A DNA stretch of 64,000 nucleotides from an uncultured virus (IMG/VR IMGVR_UViG_3300025902_000018) (lineage: Duplodnaviria > Heunggongvirae > Uroviricota > Caudoviricetes), in IMG/VR virus record IMGVR_UViG_3300025902_000018, one strand, 5' to 3'. A program made the translations under genes and the position numbers. The notes under the pieces were generated by a model. It ran no database searches and was not told the DNA's origin. It saw nothing but the letters and a program-made list of their open reading frames with translations. Each line of letters opens with the position of its first letter. Positions within the stretch are counted from its first letter, which is position 1. Shown in pieces: positions 1 to 10,674 of this stretch.

Positions 1-100
1 AAGAGCAGAAGAGAAGCAGAAGAGAACTGAAGAAGAAGGAAAGAGCAGAAGAGAAGCAGAAGAGAACTGAAGAAGAAGGAAAGAGCAGAAGAGAAGCAGA
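1..100. repeat. Purine-rich 40-bp tandem repeat, 2.5 copies, probably continuing left of the window
   Basis: aagagcagaagagaagcagaagagaactgaagaagaagga at 1-40 and 41-80, first 20 nt again at 81-100. Confidence 0.9.
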
Positions 101-501
101 CAAAGACCTTAAAGAAGGTTAAAGGTCTTCAAGAAACTTTTAAGGTGTTCTATGAGTTTTTGATAGAAACCTATCCATCAATTCATTCCAATCATTCCTT
201 AAAGAACTAGATCATTCATTTAAACAATCCACCTTCAAAAATTAAAAAACTTTCATAAAATCTTCCAGCAAAAGAACCTTAAAGTGTTCTTTAATCTTCC
301 ATGGGTCACTTCGTTCCCCATGGAAGATGAGGGGGACAAAGTCCCCCTGTCAACTTTAGTTAAGATCCTGATGTGGTTCTCCATCAATAAAGAAAAAACT
401 CAGACTCCTAATTTTCCAAAACTCCCACTCTTCATCTTAAATCAAGACAAAAGAAGGAGTTATAGATTTCTCCATAACTCCTTCTACCCCACCTCAAATT
501 A

Positions 502-802
502 TTACCGCATTGGATACCTGATGTGACTGTCTAGTTGTCTTGCATGTTGTCGTTTTCTAAACAATCGTTGTTCTTCACAATCCAACTGTTCCCGTTCTTC
601 AAGTTTCCTAAGGTTTTTTCGTTTAAGTTCATCATAATGGTCGGCTTTGACAATAGCAATCCTTCTACCAACCTCTTTTCTTCCAAGTTTGTCCATAATG
701 TAGAGGGCTTCTTCTTTGTCTATCTCTTTCAGTTCTTTAATGAACTTTGACGGAGGTAGTTTTCTAAAGTAGTCTAAAAGCTGCCTTGGAAATTTCCTTC
801 AT
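502..802 (-). pseudogene. Small charged protein, apparently frameshifted near its start
   Basis: AAGGAG RBS + ATG at 802 gives MKEISKAAF then a stop; the +1 frame continues DYFRKLPPSKFIKELKEIDKEEALYIMDKLG into ORF 502-696. Confidence 0.4.
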
Positions 803-837
803 TGATTTCTCCTTAAACAGTAGTCACTAGAAAGACA

Positions 838-1488
838 CTAAGAAATATCAAATTCAACAACCAATGCAAATGGGGAAGAACCATATGCAGTAGGTTTAAC
901 CGAGAAGCCTAGATAGAAGGCATGAGAGGCAGCAGAAACCTGGTCTGAAAGGGCTAAAGCGTTACCCCGTCCCCCAATCCCAAATGCAGCATCCCATGCT
1001 TTACCGGCTAAATCGTTATCTACTCGGTTCTTATTGACTGCTGCAGCAGTCCGCTCAAAGCCTACTACTGTGGTTCCTGTTGGGGCTACAGTCACATTTA
1101 CCTTATTGTAGGCATAGAAACGCCCTTGAGATAAAGCAGTATTAACTGAGTCATCTTGCCAATTGAATTGGACGATACAATCTTCTCGGCGTACATTGGC
1201 GGCATCTAAGGTTACCGCACTTCCAGCAACCCCAGTATCTCCATTGACCAAGATAACTTGAGTTGTTGAAGAATAGACAGTATTCTTACTTTGTTCTGCA
1301 ATAGCAGTCATTCCTGAATTGGTGACTAGGACATTGGGAGCCCATTCACCAAGAAGAACACCTTCTATAACGTCATACCTACGGGAAAAGCAGAAGATTT
1401 CAGTTTCTTCTACGGTAGCATCAAACGATGCAGCTTGATCACCATTAACTGCTGATCCACCGACTTTAAATGATTTTACGACGGCCAT
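838..1488 (-). CDS. Probable virion structural protein
   Basis: 216 aa, Ala/Val/Thr/Gly-rich; ACTAAATA late-type promoter upstream (~1538-1545, minus strand). Confidence 0.55.
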   Translation of the reverse strand: MAVVKSFKVGGSAVNGDQAASFDATVEETEIFCFSRRYDVIEGVLLGEWAPNVLVTNSGMTAIAEQSKNTVYSSTTQVILVNGDTGVAGSAVTLDAANVRREDCIVQFNWQDDSVNTALSQGRFYAYNKVNVTVAPTGTTVVGFERTAAAVNKNRVDNDLAGKAWDAAFGIGGRGNALALSDQVSAASHAFYLGFSVKPTAYGSSPFALVVEFDIS

Positions 1489-1644
1489 GGTTTTTCCTTT
1501 TATGTTACTTGATAAGATAAGGTTAGAAACTTTATCCTATTTAGTGGATTCCCAAAACTACATCGTCTTTAGCTCATTGACAATCCAAATTAAGCTGAAA
1601 ACACCCAAAAAACTTCTTGGGTGTTTTCAGATCTGGAAGGAAGC

Positions 1645-2106
1645 TTAAGTGAATTTGACTAAGTTTAAGATTTCTTTGGGGTCACCCGACCCTTGTAGAA
1701 TTAGATAGTCTACATCCTCTACAATGGGATCAGAAACTTTCTGAACTCTAGCTTTATAAGGAACTTGGTTATTGATATCTTCTTGAAAATCAGATATGGT
1801 TCTCACCAGTTCAGAAATGTTGTAGACGTGATCTTCGACCCTAAACAGTTGGAATTCAATAATCTTTTCAAAGACATAATCCCGAATAACCCCTGCCTTG
1901 AACTCTTCAAGGAATACATCTTCTAAAGTTATCATAAAGGAATGTTTCTTGAATTCCTTCTTCAGTCTAGTAAAGTAGTAGATAGAGTCATTCACTTCCT
2001 GTTTGAATACGAATTCGGCAGTAAACTTAGCAGAATTCTTCTTAAGGAGTTTAACGACGTCTACAAAGGCGAATGAATCTAAGTTTGATAATACTTTAAT
2101 AGTCAT
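1645..2106 (-). CDS. Hypothetical protein
   Basis: 153-aa ORF with GAGG RBS. Confidence 0.6.
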   Translation of the reverse strand: MTIKVLSNLDSFAFVDVVKLLKKNSAKFTAEFVFKQEVNDSIYYFTRLKKEFKKHSFMITLEDVFLEEFKAGVIRDYVFEKIIEFQLFRVEDHVYNISELVRTISDFQEDINNQVPYKARVQKVSDPIVEDVDYLILQGSGDPKEILNLVKFT

Positions 2107-2114
2107 AAATTACC

Positions 2115-2480
2115 TCAAATTTTAAAGTTTAAAAAGGGTAGACTCACTTGATGTCTAAATTGTTCTGTTGTTCCTACAGTTTCAACTTTAGCCGCCCCTA
2201 AGGTCCCTGAATAGGTAGGAAGTTTTCCAGCAATGTAAGTCCAAAACCGACTTAGGAGTGATTTCTTCTGAGAAGTAGTGGATGAATCGTAGAGTGGGAT
2301 CTCATCCCCATCTGCTAATGCGGCATTTAGTTCAGTCTTGCTGGTGATGAAGGATGACAGACCATGAGTGGTGGTATCTTCAGCATGATCGTGGGCCCAA
2401 TCAGAAGAGACTGAGGCTAGGGTGTTGTTGTCTTCCGGGATTTGAATAACCCCAGATTTTCTAATGGAGAATGGAATCAT
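2115..2480 (-). CDS. Tail-fibre-N-terminus-like short protein (possibly truncated)
   Basis: LADGDEIPLYDSSTTSQKKSLLS resembles fibre N-terminal motifs; ends abruptly. Confidence 0.35.
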   Translation of the reverse strand: MIPFSIRKSGVIQIPEDNNTLASVSSDWAHDHAEDTTTHGLSSFITSKTELNAALADGDEIPLYDSSTTSQKKSLLSRFWTYIAGKLPTYSGTLGAAKVETVGTTEQFRHQVSLPFLNFKI

Positions 2481-2493
2481 TTAGGGGCCTAGT

Positions 2494-3936
2494 TTATTTT
2501 CCGGTGGTTTTCTTCATGAGGTCCATAACGTCAGGGAAATCAATTATTTCAAACATCCCAGTAATCTTTGGGGAGAGTGTAGAAAGGTGACTCTTAGTAA
2601 ATCTAATCTGATAAAGTCCATTTCCCGCAAAGGAAACAATTAACTTAGGATACCCATCTGGATCATAACGTTTACTCACAGTTAGTTTTTTTCCAAGGTC
2701 ATTCCAGACCTTAACCAATTCTTTATTAGAACTATCTATAGAAAAATCAGTAGAGCCTACAACAAATGAAATCCCTTTCTTAACATCAGAAATAGTAAAA
2801 GGAATGATATGGGTAGATGGATCTATACCTTTTAAAGCGTTAATAACTGGGGTAAGTACAAAGTTACTAACCTTGTCTTTGTCAGTAAACTGTTCAAATT
2901 TGTCGGTAATAAATTTGGAAATAAAGGTACACAGCTCCTTTCCTTCAGTTATCAACTCTCTTGACTTATTGGTGTCTGAGACTGAAAACTTATCTTTAAG
3001 TGACTTAATCTTCCTAGACAGGGATGAAGTAGAAGATTCAGAAGGAATAATCTGAAATAAGGATAAGAACTCTAAGGTTGACAGTAGATTTAGACACGAG
3101 AACCTATGGAATGTTCTATTGTTCGATTTAACTGAAATACCATGAACAGATGAGATACCTCCTTGATCTACTTGTAATACCCAATCAGATTTATCCATTT
3201 TTGAATCTGAAGATCCCGCAGAGATAATCGACACGGTTGCCCCAGCCTCAATTTCACCTAAGGTTATTTTCTTCTTAACGTCTTGCCACCCACCGTTGGT
3301 ACCACTAACAAACTTCTCTACTTTGTGAAAGATAGTCTGCAACTGTGAACTGGTTAATTCTTTAAGATAGGTAATTAGTTGAGGATATTTAAGTTTTGCT
3401 GTTACTCTAAATTGTATTCCATTTTTAGTGGTAGAGAAAGGGGAACTCTCCAATGAAGATAATGCCTCAGTAACCAGCGGAATAACCTCTTCCTGATGGT
3501 CACATACCAGAAAGGTTAGAATTCCTAATCCTAGAACAAACTCATCAATATCGCCTTGATTGTATCCACTTTTGATTATAGAAGAGTTAGTATTGGTAGA
3601 AGTTTTAGAAGTAAATCCAGCAAATCTTGAGTCCAGTATTTTAACCAAGGTCATCGGAAGATTAAGTTCTTGCTCAAATACCGTAGGAATCTTAAAACGT
3701 CTAATCTTTGGATCTATAGTGAACATTATGTCTGAATCTTTTACTTCGCCACTTTCCAGTTTACTTTGAATAAAAGGAGTTAGTTTTTTTACTAGTTTAT
3801 CTTCAATAGAGAATTCAGACCCATTGGAAAGGCCTTTAGTCAGTGGTAGTAGTGATCCAGTGTTATTGAGGTTTCTGAGTTCACCAAACGTAATATAGTC
3901 AGTGAATGCTTCAGAGAGTAGGTGTAGGTTGTTCAT
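2494..3936 (-). CDS. Putative PD-(D/E)xK nuclease-fold protein
   Basis: 480 aa; KSDWVL...HGISVKS motif; GATAAATA late-like promoter upstream. Confidence 0.4.
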   Translation of the reverse strand: MNNLHLLSEAFTDYITFGELRNLNNTGSLLPLTKGLSNGSEFSIEDKLVKKLTPFIQSKLESGEVKDSDIMFTIDPKIRRFKIPTVFEQELNLPMTLVKILDSRFAGFTSKTSTNTNSSIIKSGYNQGDIDEFVLGLGILTFLVCDHQEEVIPLVTEALSSLESSPFSTTKNGIQFRVTAKLKYPQLITYLKELTSSQLQTIFHKVEKFVSGTNGGWQDVKKKITLGEIEAGATVSIISAGSSDSKMDKSDWVLQVDQGGISSVHGISVKSNNRTFHRFSCLNLLSTLEFLSLFQIIPSESSTSSLSRKIKSLKDKFSVSDTNKSRELITEGKELCTFISKFITDKFEQFTDKDKVSNFVLTPVINALKGIDPSTHIIPFTISDVKKGISFVVGSTDFSIDSSNKELVKVWNDLGKKLTVSKRYDPDGYPKLIVSFAGNGLYQIRFTKSHLSTLSPKITGMFEIIDFPDVMDLMKKTTGK

Positions 3937-4025
3937 GGTTCCTCCAAACTTTAAAGCTATTTATCGGGGTAGTTGTCATCCCACTGTGATGTCACTTTAG
4001 TGTTGAATTATTTTTGGAGAGGTTG

Positions 4026-4054
4026 TTGACTTTCAACTATAGTTATGTTAAAAT
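4026..4054 (+). promoter_or_regulatory. Sigma70 early promoter
   Basis: TTGACT-17 nt-TAAAAT. Confidence 0.75.
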
Positions 4055-4093
4055 TTGTCTGAAGAGTTAGAAAAGAACCCGGAGATTAAAAAA

Positions 4094-4417
4094 ATGTCGA
4101 ATCTTAGCACTCTTGGAATCCTCGAAGCCCTTTCTAAAATTGGAAATGAGCTCAGGGAAATGAGTTCCCGGGATTATTGGACGTTCAACCAGGAGGCGAA
4201 TGCTCAGCGTTATTTTAAGCCTCTCATGGAAACCCGTAGGGCTTATGCTGCCATTCGTGATAACGCTGATGCCGAACAGATTCTTACCGAGTTGGCTAAG
4301 GTTCTCCCTAATGCCCAACAGGTGAGTTGTGAACTCATTCTCAAGGCAATGAATGGTACTCTTGAAGGGACGTACTTTACTGTCAAAAATCATAGGTTGG
4401 TTACGATTTACGAATAG
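4094..4417 (+). CDS. Hypothetical early protein
   Basis: GGAG RBS then ATG at 4094, right after the promoter. Confidence 0.65.
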   Translation: MSNLSTLGILEALSKIGNELREMSSRDYWTFNQEANAQRYFKPLMETRRAYAAIRDNADAEQILTELAKVLPNAQQVSCELILKAMNGTLEGTYFTVKNHRLVTIYE

Positions 4418-4418
4418 G

Positions 4419-5492
4419 ATGAGGAAAACCCCCGTGGCTAGACTTAAACGAGTTTCCAGACCTTCTGTTTCGGAAGTATTCAATTCTACTAAGATGTCCA
4501 AGTCTGAACTGGCTACCCATCTTACTGAGTTGGGACAATCAGCAACTACCGATCAACGTCGGAAAGCTATGACTCAGGTCTGTATTGATTTTGACTTCCC
4601 TAATGAATATTTAGAGGCATTGTCCAAGAAATCAGAGGTAGAGATACAGACACTCGGTAACGTCTGCATTTTGTTGACAAAGGGTCATAACCTTTCTGAT
4701 CTTTATGAAGAGGGAGTTATCAAACAGAAGTTAGAAACATTCCTTAAAGGTACATCTCCAGGAAAGACCACAGAACCTCCTCCTAAGGTAGTAAAGATTA
4801 GGACTATATCTTCCTCACTTTCAGAGTGGTTAAATACGTTAGACTTCCTAGTAGATGAGTTTACGGGAAACTCCAAACAAACTCAAGTCAACATCCCCCC
4901 AGTTCCTACCCTAGATCGATTTGATCAGAACTATCTTAAAGCCAAAGAGGTTCCTATTTGGTCTGAAGAAGTAAGTAGGTTATCCGATGAAGAGTGCCTG
5001 GAAGGATACTCAAACTTCTCGAAACGTCGACAAGTGGCATTAAAGAAGTTTTATGAAACTCTCTTGGCTATGGTCTCATTGGAGACTCAGGCTAAACCCA
5101 CCAAGAAGAAAAGAACAAGATCAGTAAAGGCTAAACCGGTTGAAAAACAACTCGAAAAGTTAGTCTTTAATGAAGAAAAGTCAAAGGTTAAAAAGAAGGA
5201 TATCCTCTCTGCAACTGAGATTTGGGCATTTAACGAAAAATATAATGACCTCATTCATTGGGTAGCAGAGGATGGAACTAAGTTTACGGTAAAAGGTACT
5301 ACCCTTCAGAATGTTGACTTGATTAAATCACAACTTAAGAGGGTTAGACCCAATAAACAAGCAGCAACCTTAGCTGAGATAGCAAAGGCTAACAAGAATA
5401 GGTGTGGAATGATATTTACTTCCCTTCCCACTAAGATTGATACTCCCTCTCCACGGTTGTCTAATTCGATTATTTTACTCCAAGTATTTTAA
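4419..5492 (+). CDS. Hypothetical protein (T4-like phage conserved type)
   Basis: Long Lys-rich ORF coupled to the previous stop. Confidence 0.65.
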   Translation: MRKTPVARLKRVSRPSVSEVFNSTKMSKSELATHLTELGQSATTDQRRKAMTQVCIDFDFPNEYLEALSKKSEVEIQTLGNVCILLTKGHNLSDLYEEGVIKQKLETFLKGTSPGKTTEPPPKVVKIRTISSSLSEWLNTLDFLVDEFTGNSKQTQVNIPPVPTLDRFDQNYLKAKEVPIWSEEVSRLSDEECLEGYSNFSKRRQVALKKFYETLLAMVSLETQAKPTKKKRTRSVKAKPVEKQLEKLVFNEEKSKVKKKDILSATEIWAFNEKYNDLIHWVAEDGTKFTVKGTTLQNVDLIKSQLKRVRPNKQAATLAEIAKANKNRCGMIFTSLPTKIDTPSPRLSNSIILLQVF

Positions 5493-5501
5493 GAGGAAAC
5501 T

Positions 5502-6383
5502 ATGACAAGATCCACATTGTTCTTTCAGAATATTACCGCCATAGATCATGCCATCATTCATCCAGGCACAGAGACTATTCAAGGAGGTTCATACAACCTA
5601 TCAGTTTGGGTAACTGGGAATATTGAAGAACAGGAGCAGGTAGTGGTAGATTTCTCTACCTTAAAGAAATCTATCAAGAGTTATATTGACTCTAAATTTG
5701 GTGGATTTGACCATAAGTTATGGGTATCTCAAGACTTGATTCAACAATCTCAGTCAATAAAGAATTCTGTCTATATTGAAACAGATGACTTTTCTTGCCT
5801 TGTTCCACATTTTACCATAAAGGTTATTGATTTTGAGTTAGGGATCGAGAATACTATTGAACAGTACCTAATAGAAAATGTAGGGGAGATTTATCCAGAA
5901 GCTGATTTAGAATTTAAGGTGTTTCTGAGTGAGGAGATGAATTGTCCTTATGGGACTGGGGCTCCTGCATACCCCTTTAGGTATGTCCATGGGCTGAAGA
6001 ACTCAACGTCTGAACCTTGTCAAAATATCAATCATGGTCATCTTTCTTATATGGGACTTATTGATTGTGGGGGTAACTCATTATCCATCCCAGATGAGGC
6101 CCCATTTCTTACTCAATATGAGAATGTTATTTTTATCTGGAAAGAGAATATCATTAAGAACAGTAAAGATTGGTTAACGGTAGGCTATAGTGCCCCTACT
6201 GGAACCTTCTTTGCTAGGTATCGAAAGAATGCACACGATTTAGTAATCCTACCTTGTGAAACGACCGTAGAAAACTTAGCGGGATGGATTAAATCTAGGC
6301 ATGAAGATTCCCTAGATAAGACAGGGGCAGAGATCTTAATGGTCTCTGAAGGACTGGCCAAGGGTGCGGTAGTCTATCTCTAA
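5502..6383 (+). CDS. queD: QueD-like (PTPS/T-fold) protein
   Basis: IDHA...GGSY, VVDFSTLKK...GFDHKLW, HGLKNS, HGHLS and TTVENLA motifs of the long QueD-like family. Confidence 0.75.
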   Translation: MTRSTLFFQNITAIDHAIIHPGTETIQGGSYNLSVWVTGNIEEQEQVVVDFSTLKKSIKSYIDSKFGGFDHKLWVSQDLIQQSQSIKNSVYIETDDFSCLVPHFTIKVIDFELGIENTIEQYLIENVGEIYPEADLEFKVFLSEEMNCPYGTGAPAYPFRYVHGLKNSTSEPCQNINHGHLSYMGLIDCGGNSLSIPDEAPFLTQYENVIFIWKENIIKNSKDWLTVGYSAPTGTFFARYRKNAHDLVILPCETTVENLAGWIKSRHEDSLDKTGAEILMVSEGLAKGAVVYL

Positions 6384-6390
6384 AAGAAAA

Positions 6391-6419
6391 AAAGGGGAGT
6401 CCTAGGACTCCCCCTTTTC
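6391..6419. terminator. Bidirectional intrinsic terminator
   Basis: ggggagtcctaggactcccc flanked by A and T runs, between convergent genes. Confidence 0.75.
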
Positions 6420-6437
6420 AATAACCAACCTTACTGG

Positions 6438-7331
6438 TTAGGGAACTACAATATCTACATTGATGGTTGCAGGAAGGGCATCAATAGCAGCAATAACGGT
6501 ATTAGCCGTAGAATCTAGAAGAATGTTCTCTCCGGTATTTAAGGTAATATCATCAAGAGTAATAACTGCTGCGGCCCCTGCAGCATAACCACCTGGAATA
6601 GTCCAGGTAAAGACTACATCATCCCCAGAAGTGCTGGTATAGTCAGCAGAGAACTGGGTAGCATTGATGGTAAAGTCTAAGGTTGTTGCTGCTGTTAGAC
6701 CAGAAGACTTGACGTTTCTATCAAAGTCTACGGTAAAGATAACCTCAGTGTCGGTACCAATGGTGTAGCTGGCTTTATCAGTAGTAACTCCAGAAATAAC
6801 TGGAACCTTCTGAGTAACAGCTGTAGCTACGGTTGCTTCTGGGAACGTCAAATCAGCTGAAATATCAGAATCATCAAAATCAAGATAAATATGTTCTCCA
6901 GTGTGCAACGTAATATCGGTTATACCAATTTCAGCAGATTCAATAATGGCATATTCATCCCCATTAGAGGGAATAGTATATCTAAAGGTTACTGAATTAG
7001 CAGTCTTAGAAACATAGGCAGCTTCGTACTCACCTTCGTCAATAAGGAAGTTTAACACTGACCTGGAAGTAATATCGTCTGACCTAATATTACGATTAAA
7101 GGAAACGGTAAATACAATAGTAACCGCCGTACCAATTTCATAAGAGGCTGATTCAGTAACCACCCGGGTAACGACAGGAATCATCTTAGTGGTCATTCTA
7201 TTGATCGCCACTAAAGTTTCAGCAGTCCCATCTGGACGGGTATATACCCAACCTCTTGGGGTTGCAGCAGTAGCAGCTTTTTGGGTAGAAGTAAGCCACT
7301 TAGGTTTGTCTACTAAAGAATAAAGGGCCAT
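6438..7331 (-). CDS. Ig-like capsid/tail decoration protein
   Basis: Two repeated beta-rich modules (SYxIGT...FTVxFxRN); N-terminal GWV...ETLVAI; perfect TATAAATA at 7375-7382 (minus). Confidence 0.6.
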   Translation of the reverse strand: MALYSLVDKPKWLTSTQKAATAATPRGWVYTRPDGTAETLVAINRMTTKMIPVVTRVVTESASYEIGTAVTIVFTVSFNRNIRSDDITSRSVLNFLIDEGEYEAAYVSKTANSVTFRYTIPSNGDEYAIIESAEIGITDITLHTGEHIYLDFDDSDISADLTFPEATVATAVTQKVPVISGVTTDKASYTIGTDTEVIFTVDFDRNVKSSGLTAATTLDFTINATQFSADYTSTSGDDVVFTWTIPGGYAAGAAAVITLDDITLNTGENILLDSTANTVIAAIDALPATINVDIVVP

Positions 7332-7388
7332 TGAGTTCTCCTTGGCTAGGATTAGAAAATAGAAATCTTTTCCTTATTTATAGGGAAT

Positions 7389-8675
7389 TTCAAACGAGAA
7401 AACTACGATGTCTTTAGCATCGTAGATGAATCGTCTAACTAAATAAGGATAAACTATTTACAGGACTCCTATGTTCATCAGGCAACAAGAACGGGTGTAT
7501 CCGACATCAGATCAAAGACAATTTCTAAATCAAGAAATCGGGAATCAGAGGTTCCTCTGGAACAAACTTCTGGTTAAGTCTACTGAACGGTATGATGAAG
7601 AAAAGAAATTCATTTTCTACAATGAAGCAGCTTCTATGCTTCCTGACCTAAAAGAGACCTTCGAGTTCTTGAAGATTGGTGTAGCTCAAGCCCTTCAACA
7701 AACCCTGAAAGACCAAGACCAAGCACTCCGGAACTTCTTGAAATCCAAGAAGGGTGATGGACACTTCGGGTTTCCAAGATTCAAAAAGAAAGACAATGGT
7801 GGATCAGTTCGATATCCTCAGGGATGTTCTTTAGAGTCTACTCACCTCAAGATCCCTAAACTGAAGACTGATATCAAGATAAAGAACCAGCAGAACATTC
7901 AAGAGTTCAATTCTGTAACCATCATCAAGAAACCTTCAGGAAAGTGGTTTGCTTCATTTGTTGTAGAAGTCCCTGATGTAGCAAAGGTTGAAATCACTTC
8001 GGATTCAAAGGTTGTTGGAATAGACTTGAACTCTAAGTTTCTCCTGGTCTTAGACAACGGTCAGGCAATAGAGAACCAGAAGTTTCTGAAAAAGAAGGAA
8101 AAGAGGTTAAAGAGATACCAAAGACGCATGAGTAGAATGATCCCTAAGTCGGCTAACCGGAACAAACAGAGAATCAAGGTAGCTAGACTTCATGAAAAGA
8201 TCTCCAACTCTAGAAAAGACTTTGTGGAGAAGATCACCACTCAGGTCGTAAAGACCTATGATATCATCTGTCTTGAAGACTTGAATGTCAAGGCAATGCA
8301 GAAGTGGAATGGGAGAATGGTTCAAGAAGCTCCCTTCAGGATGATTCGAGAAAAGATGACTTGGAAAGCCAACAAGTTTGGGAAACATCTATTCTTCATA
8401 GATAGATTCGATCCCACCTCCAAGGTCTGCTCTAGGTGTGGTTCACTCCTAGAATTGACCTTGAAAGATAGATGGATTGAATGTGATTGTGGTCTTTCAA
8501 TCCATCGAGACCAAAATGCAGCTAAGAACATTAGGTCCTTAGGTCTGCTCCGTACCGTAGGAACTACGGGATTTCAAGCCTGTGGAGACACTGAAGTTCA
8601 CTCTGATGATTCTAGCATTAGGTGGGTGTCGTTGAAACAGGAAACTACTAGGTCTTTAGGCTAGTAGTAGTTCAT
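7389..8675 (+). mobile_element. Non-autonomous IS200/IS605 (IS1341-like) element
   Basis: Subterminal hairpins ctacgatg-tctttag-catcgtag (left) and actacta..tctttag..tagtagt-agttcat (right) around tnpB. Confidence 0.8.
7471..8664 (+). CDS. tnpB: TnpB RNA-guided nuclease, catalytic triad intact
   Basis: GIDLN, CLEDL, CSRC...CDC, RDQNAAKNI. Confidence 0.92.
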   Translation: MFIRQQERVYPTSDQRQFLNQEIGNQRFLWNKLLVKSTERYDEEKKFIFYNEAASMLPDLKETFEFLKIGVAQALQQTLKDQDQALRNFLKSKKGDGHFGFPRFKKKDNGGSVRYPQGCSLESTHLKIPKLKTDIKIKNQQNIQEFNSVTIIKKPSGKWFASFVVEVPDVAKVEITSDSKVVGIDLNSKFLLVLDNGQAIENQKFLKKKEKRLKRYQRRMSRMIPKSANRNKQRIKVARLHEKISNSRKDFVEKITTQVVKTYDIICLEDLNVKAMQKWNGRMVQEAPFRMIREKMTWKANKFGKHLFFIDRFDPTSKVCSRCGSLLELTLKDRWIECDCGLSIHRDQNAAKNIRSLGLLRTVGTTGFQACGDTEVHSDDSSIRWVSLKQETTRSLG

Positions 8676-8893
8676 TTAGTGGAATGTCAACCTCTTAAAT
8701 GAATGGAACACTTCATGGATTCAGACTATCTCTTAGACATCTTGCATGTGCTTAAAGACTGTTCAAAACAGGACCTCTACCGACACTTAATTCTTTTAGA
8801 AACCTTCTTCAATGTTCCAGAGTGGACTGAAGACTCTTTAGACGACTTGTTGGCAGAATTAAGTTCAACTGGACTAGTCACTCTTGACACCCG

Positions 8894-9514
8894 TTGAAAT
8901 CCACTGTAAACTGTGAGTTCAAAATGAAACGACCGCCAAATCCATCAGACTATGTTCAGACAACCATTGTTCAATCACCTTTTGTCACTTCTACTTCTCA
9001 TTTTATAGAGTTCTTTGATCATTGTAGGTTCCAAGAGGAGGTTGCGGCTTACTACCGTAAACATTGCCCATTTAAACGAGTGGTATTGTCCTTCGAGAAT
9101 TACCAGATGGGAAGGGATTATCCCAGAAAAGACGACTATGCCATGATTATTTTTGTTGAGTCTCCCTTCTTAGACCATAGAAACCAGAAAGTCAGTACCG
9201 TAAAACTCGTTGTCTATGACGACTATTCCCATGATTTAGATGTTGCTAGTTTCCTTGCAGAACAATCAGAAAAGATCACTAAGTTTAAAGAAGAGCTTAA
9301 ATCAGAATTCACTAACCTGCTCGATGAAAGCCAATTCGAGAAGGTTTGGACTGAGAATTATCAACCTCACAGTTGTTTATCTTCATCGGTTGGTCTCGAT
9401 ACAGCCCTAATGTATTTTTCCATGGTTCAGGCTATTCCAAAATCAAAGGCTGTTAAGCATAATCTATCATCCTTTTCTTCATTCTTTAAGTCCTTCTTCA
9501 AAAAATGGTTCTAA
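8894..9514 (+). CDS. Hypothetical protein
   Basis: 206-aa ORF. Confidence 0.55.
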   Translation: MKSTVNCEFKMKRPPNPSDYVQTTIVQSPFVTSTSHFIEFFDHCRFQEEVAAYYRKHCPFKRVVLSFENYQMGRDYPRKDDYAMIIFVESPFLDHRNQKVSTVKLVVYDDYSHDLDVASFLAEQSEKITKFKEELKSEFTNLLDESQFEKVWTENYQPHSCLSSSVGLDTALMYFSMVQAIPKSKAVKHNLSSFSSFFKSFFKKWF

Positions 9515-9795
9515 ACATGTCTGAAAAAGAAGATAACTTCCTGTTCTTACTTGAACGTTCACCCGAGTCATTGACCTGTGGGATGATTCAATCTGCAGTG
9601 GTAGTCGCCAAGAATGTAGACTCTGCTAGAAACATTCACCCAGGGAAAGGCTGGCATATCGTATCGGACTTCAGATCATGGGTATCTTCCCCGGAAGAAG
9701 TCTTAGTGACCTTATTAGGGGTTGCTGAACCTAATTTACCCCCAGGAGTGATACTCACCTCTTTATCTACCACCTGGTTGGATGATGGAAAGTGA
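9505..9795 (+). CDS. Hypothetical phage protein
   Basis: SAVVVAKNVDSARNIHP...W...V.V..LG.A....GVIL.S pattern common in small phage proteins. Confidence 0.55.
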   Translation: MVLNMSEKEDNFLFLLERSPESLTCGMIQSAVVVAKNVDSARNIHPGKGWHIVSDFRSWVSSPEEVLVTLLGVAEPNLPPGVILTSLSTTWLDDGK

Positions 9796-9968
9796 TAAAA
9801 ACGTAAACCACTAAATAAGTGTAAAAGGGTTGGATTGAAATGGATGATTTGTTCACTAATTGGAGTTATTCGAGGACTTTACAGACAGGGAAGTCATTTA
9901 TCCCCAAAGGATTCTAGGATTCTAGAATCCTTTCTTTTTTTCTTAAAAAACCTCTGAGAGAACCCCCC

Positions 9969-10673
9969 ATGTCTAGTGATTCTTCGATTCAACATTCTGT
10001 GTATAATCCCGATATTTCTTCAGTTATTATTGAACGGTTAAAATCTACCAATACTCCTTTTACGGCTAATGATAATATCTCTCACCTAATTAGTCAGCAT
10101 GAACATGATGAATTGTTAGTAGATGTAGAACAGAAAGTAACTGATCTCCTAAAGTCGTTGATTATTGATACCGACCACGATCCTAATACTCGTGAAACAG
10201 CCTATCGAATTGCTAAGATGTTTGTCAATGAAACCTTAAGAGGAAGGTATGAAGCCCCCCCAAAGATTACCACCTTCCCAAATACTAAACATCTTGATGA
10301 AATGGTAGTGACCAAAGCCGAAGTAAAATCGTTATGTTCTCATCATTTTCAGAACATTCATGGGTGGGCTTGGGTGGGTATCATCTATGGGGATACCCTA
10401 ATGGGTCTCTCCAAGATTCATAGGATTGTAGATCACTTTTCTAGACGTCCTCAAATTCAGGAAGAGTTGGTAGTTCAGATTGCTGACTTTATTGAAGAGG
10501 TATGTTCACCAGTGGGAGTCGGAGTTGTCATTAAAGCTGATCACAGTTGTGTAAAGGCTAGGGGAGTAGAACAAGATTCATTTATGGTTTCTTCGGTACT
10601 CCGGGGATGTCTAATGAATCCTACTGCACGGGCAGAGTTCTTTGAACTGATCAAGCTGTCTGGAAGTATCTAA
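9969..10673 (+). CDS. folE: GTP cyclohydrolase I
   Basis: TRETAYRIAKMF, SLCSHHF, GLSKIHR, RRPQIQE, HSCVKARG. Confidence 0.95.
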   Translation: MSSDSSIQHSVYNPDISSVIIERLKSTNTPFTANDNISHLISQHEHDELLVDVEQKVTDLLKSLIIDTDHDPNTRETAYRIAKMFVNETLRGRYEAPPKITTFPNTKHLDEMVVTKAEVKSLCSHHFQNIHGWAWVGIIYGDTLMGLSKIHRIVDHFSRRPQIQEELVVQIADFIEEVCSPVGVGVVIKADHSCVKARGVEQDSFMVSSVLRGCLMNPTARAEFFELIKLSGSI

Positions 10674-10674
10674 A

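Noticed and set aside
1..100. CRISPR array
   Set aside because: Head-to-tail repeats with no spacers and no cas genes
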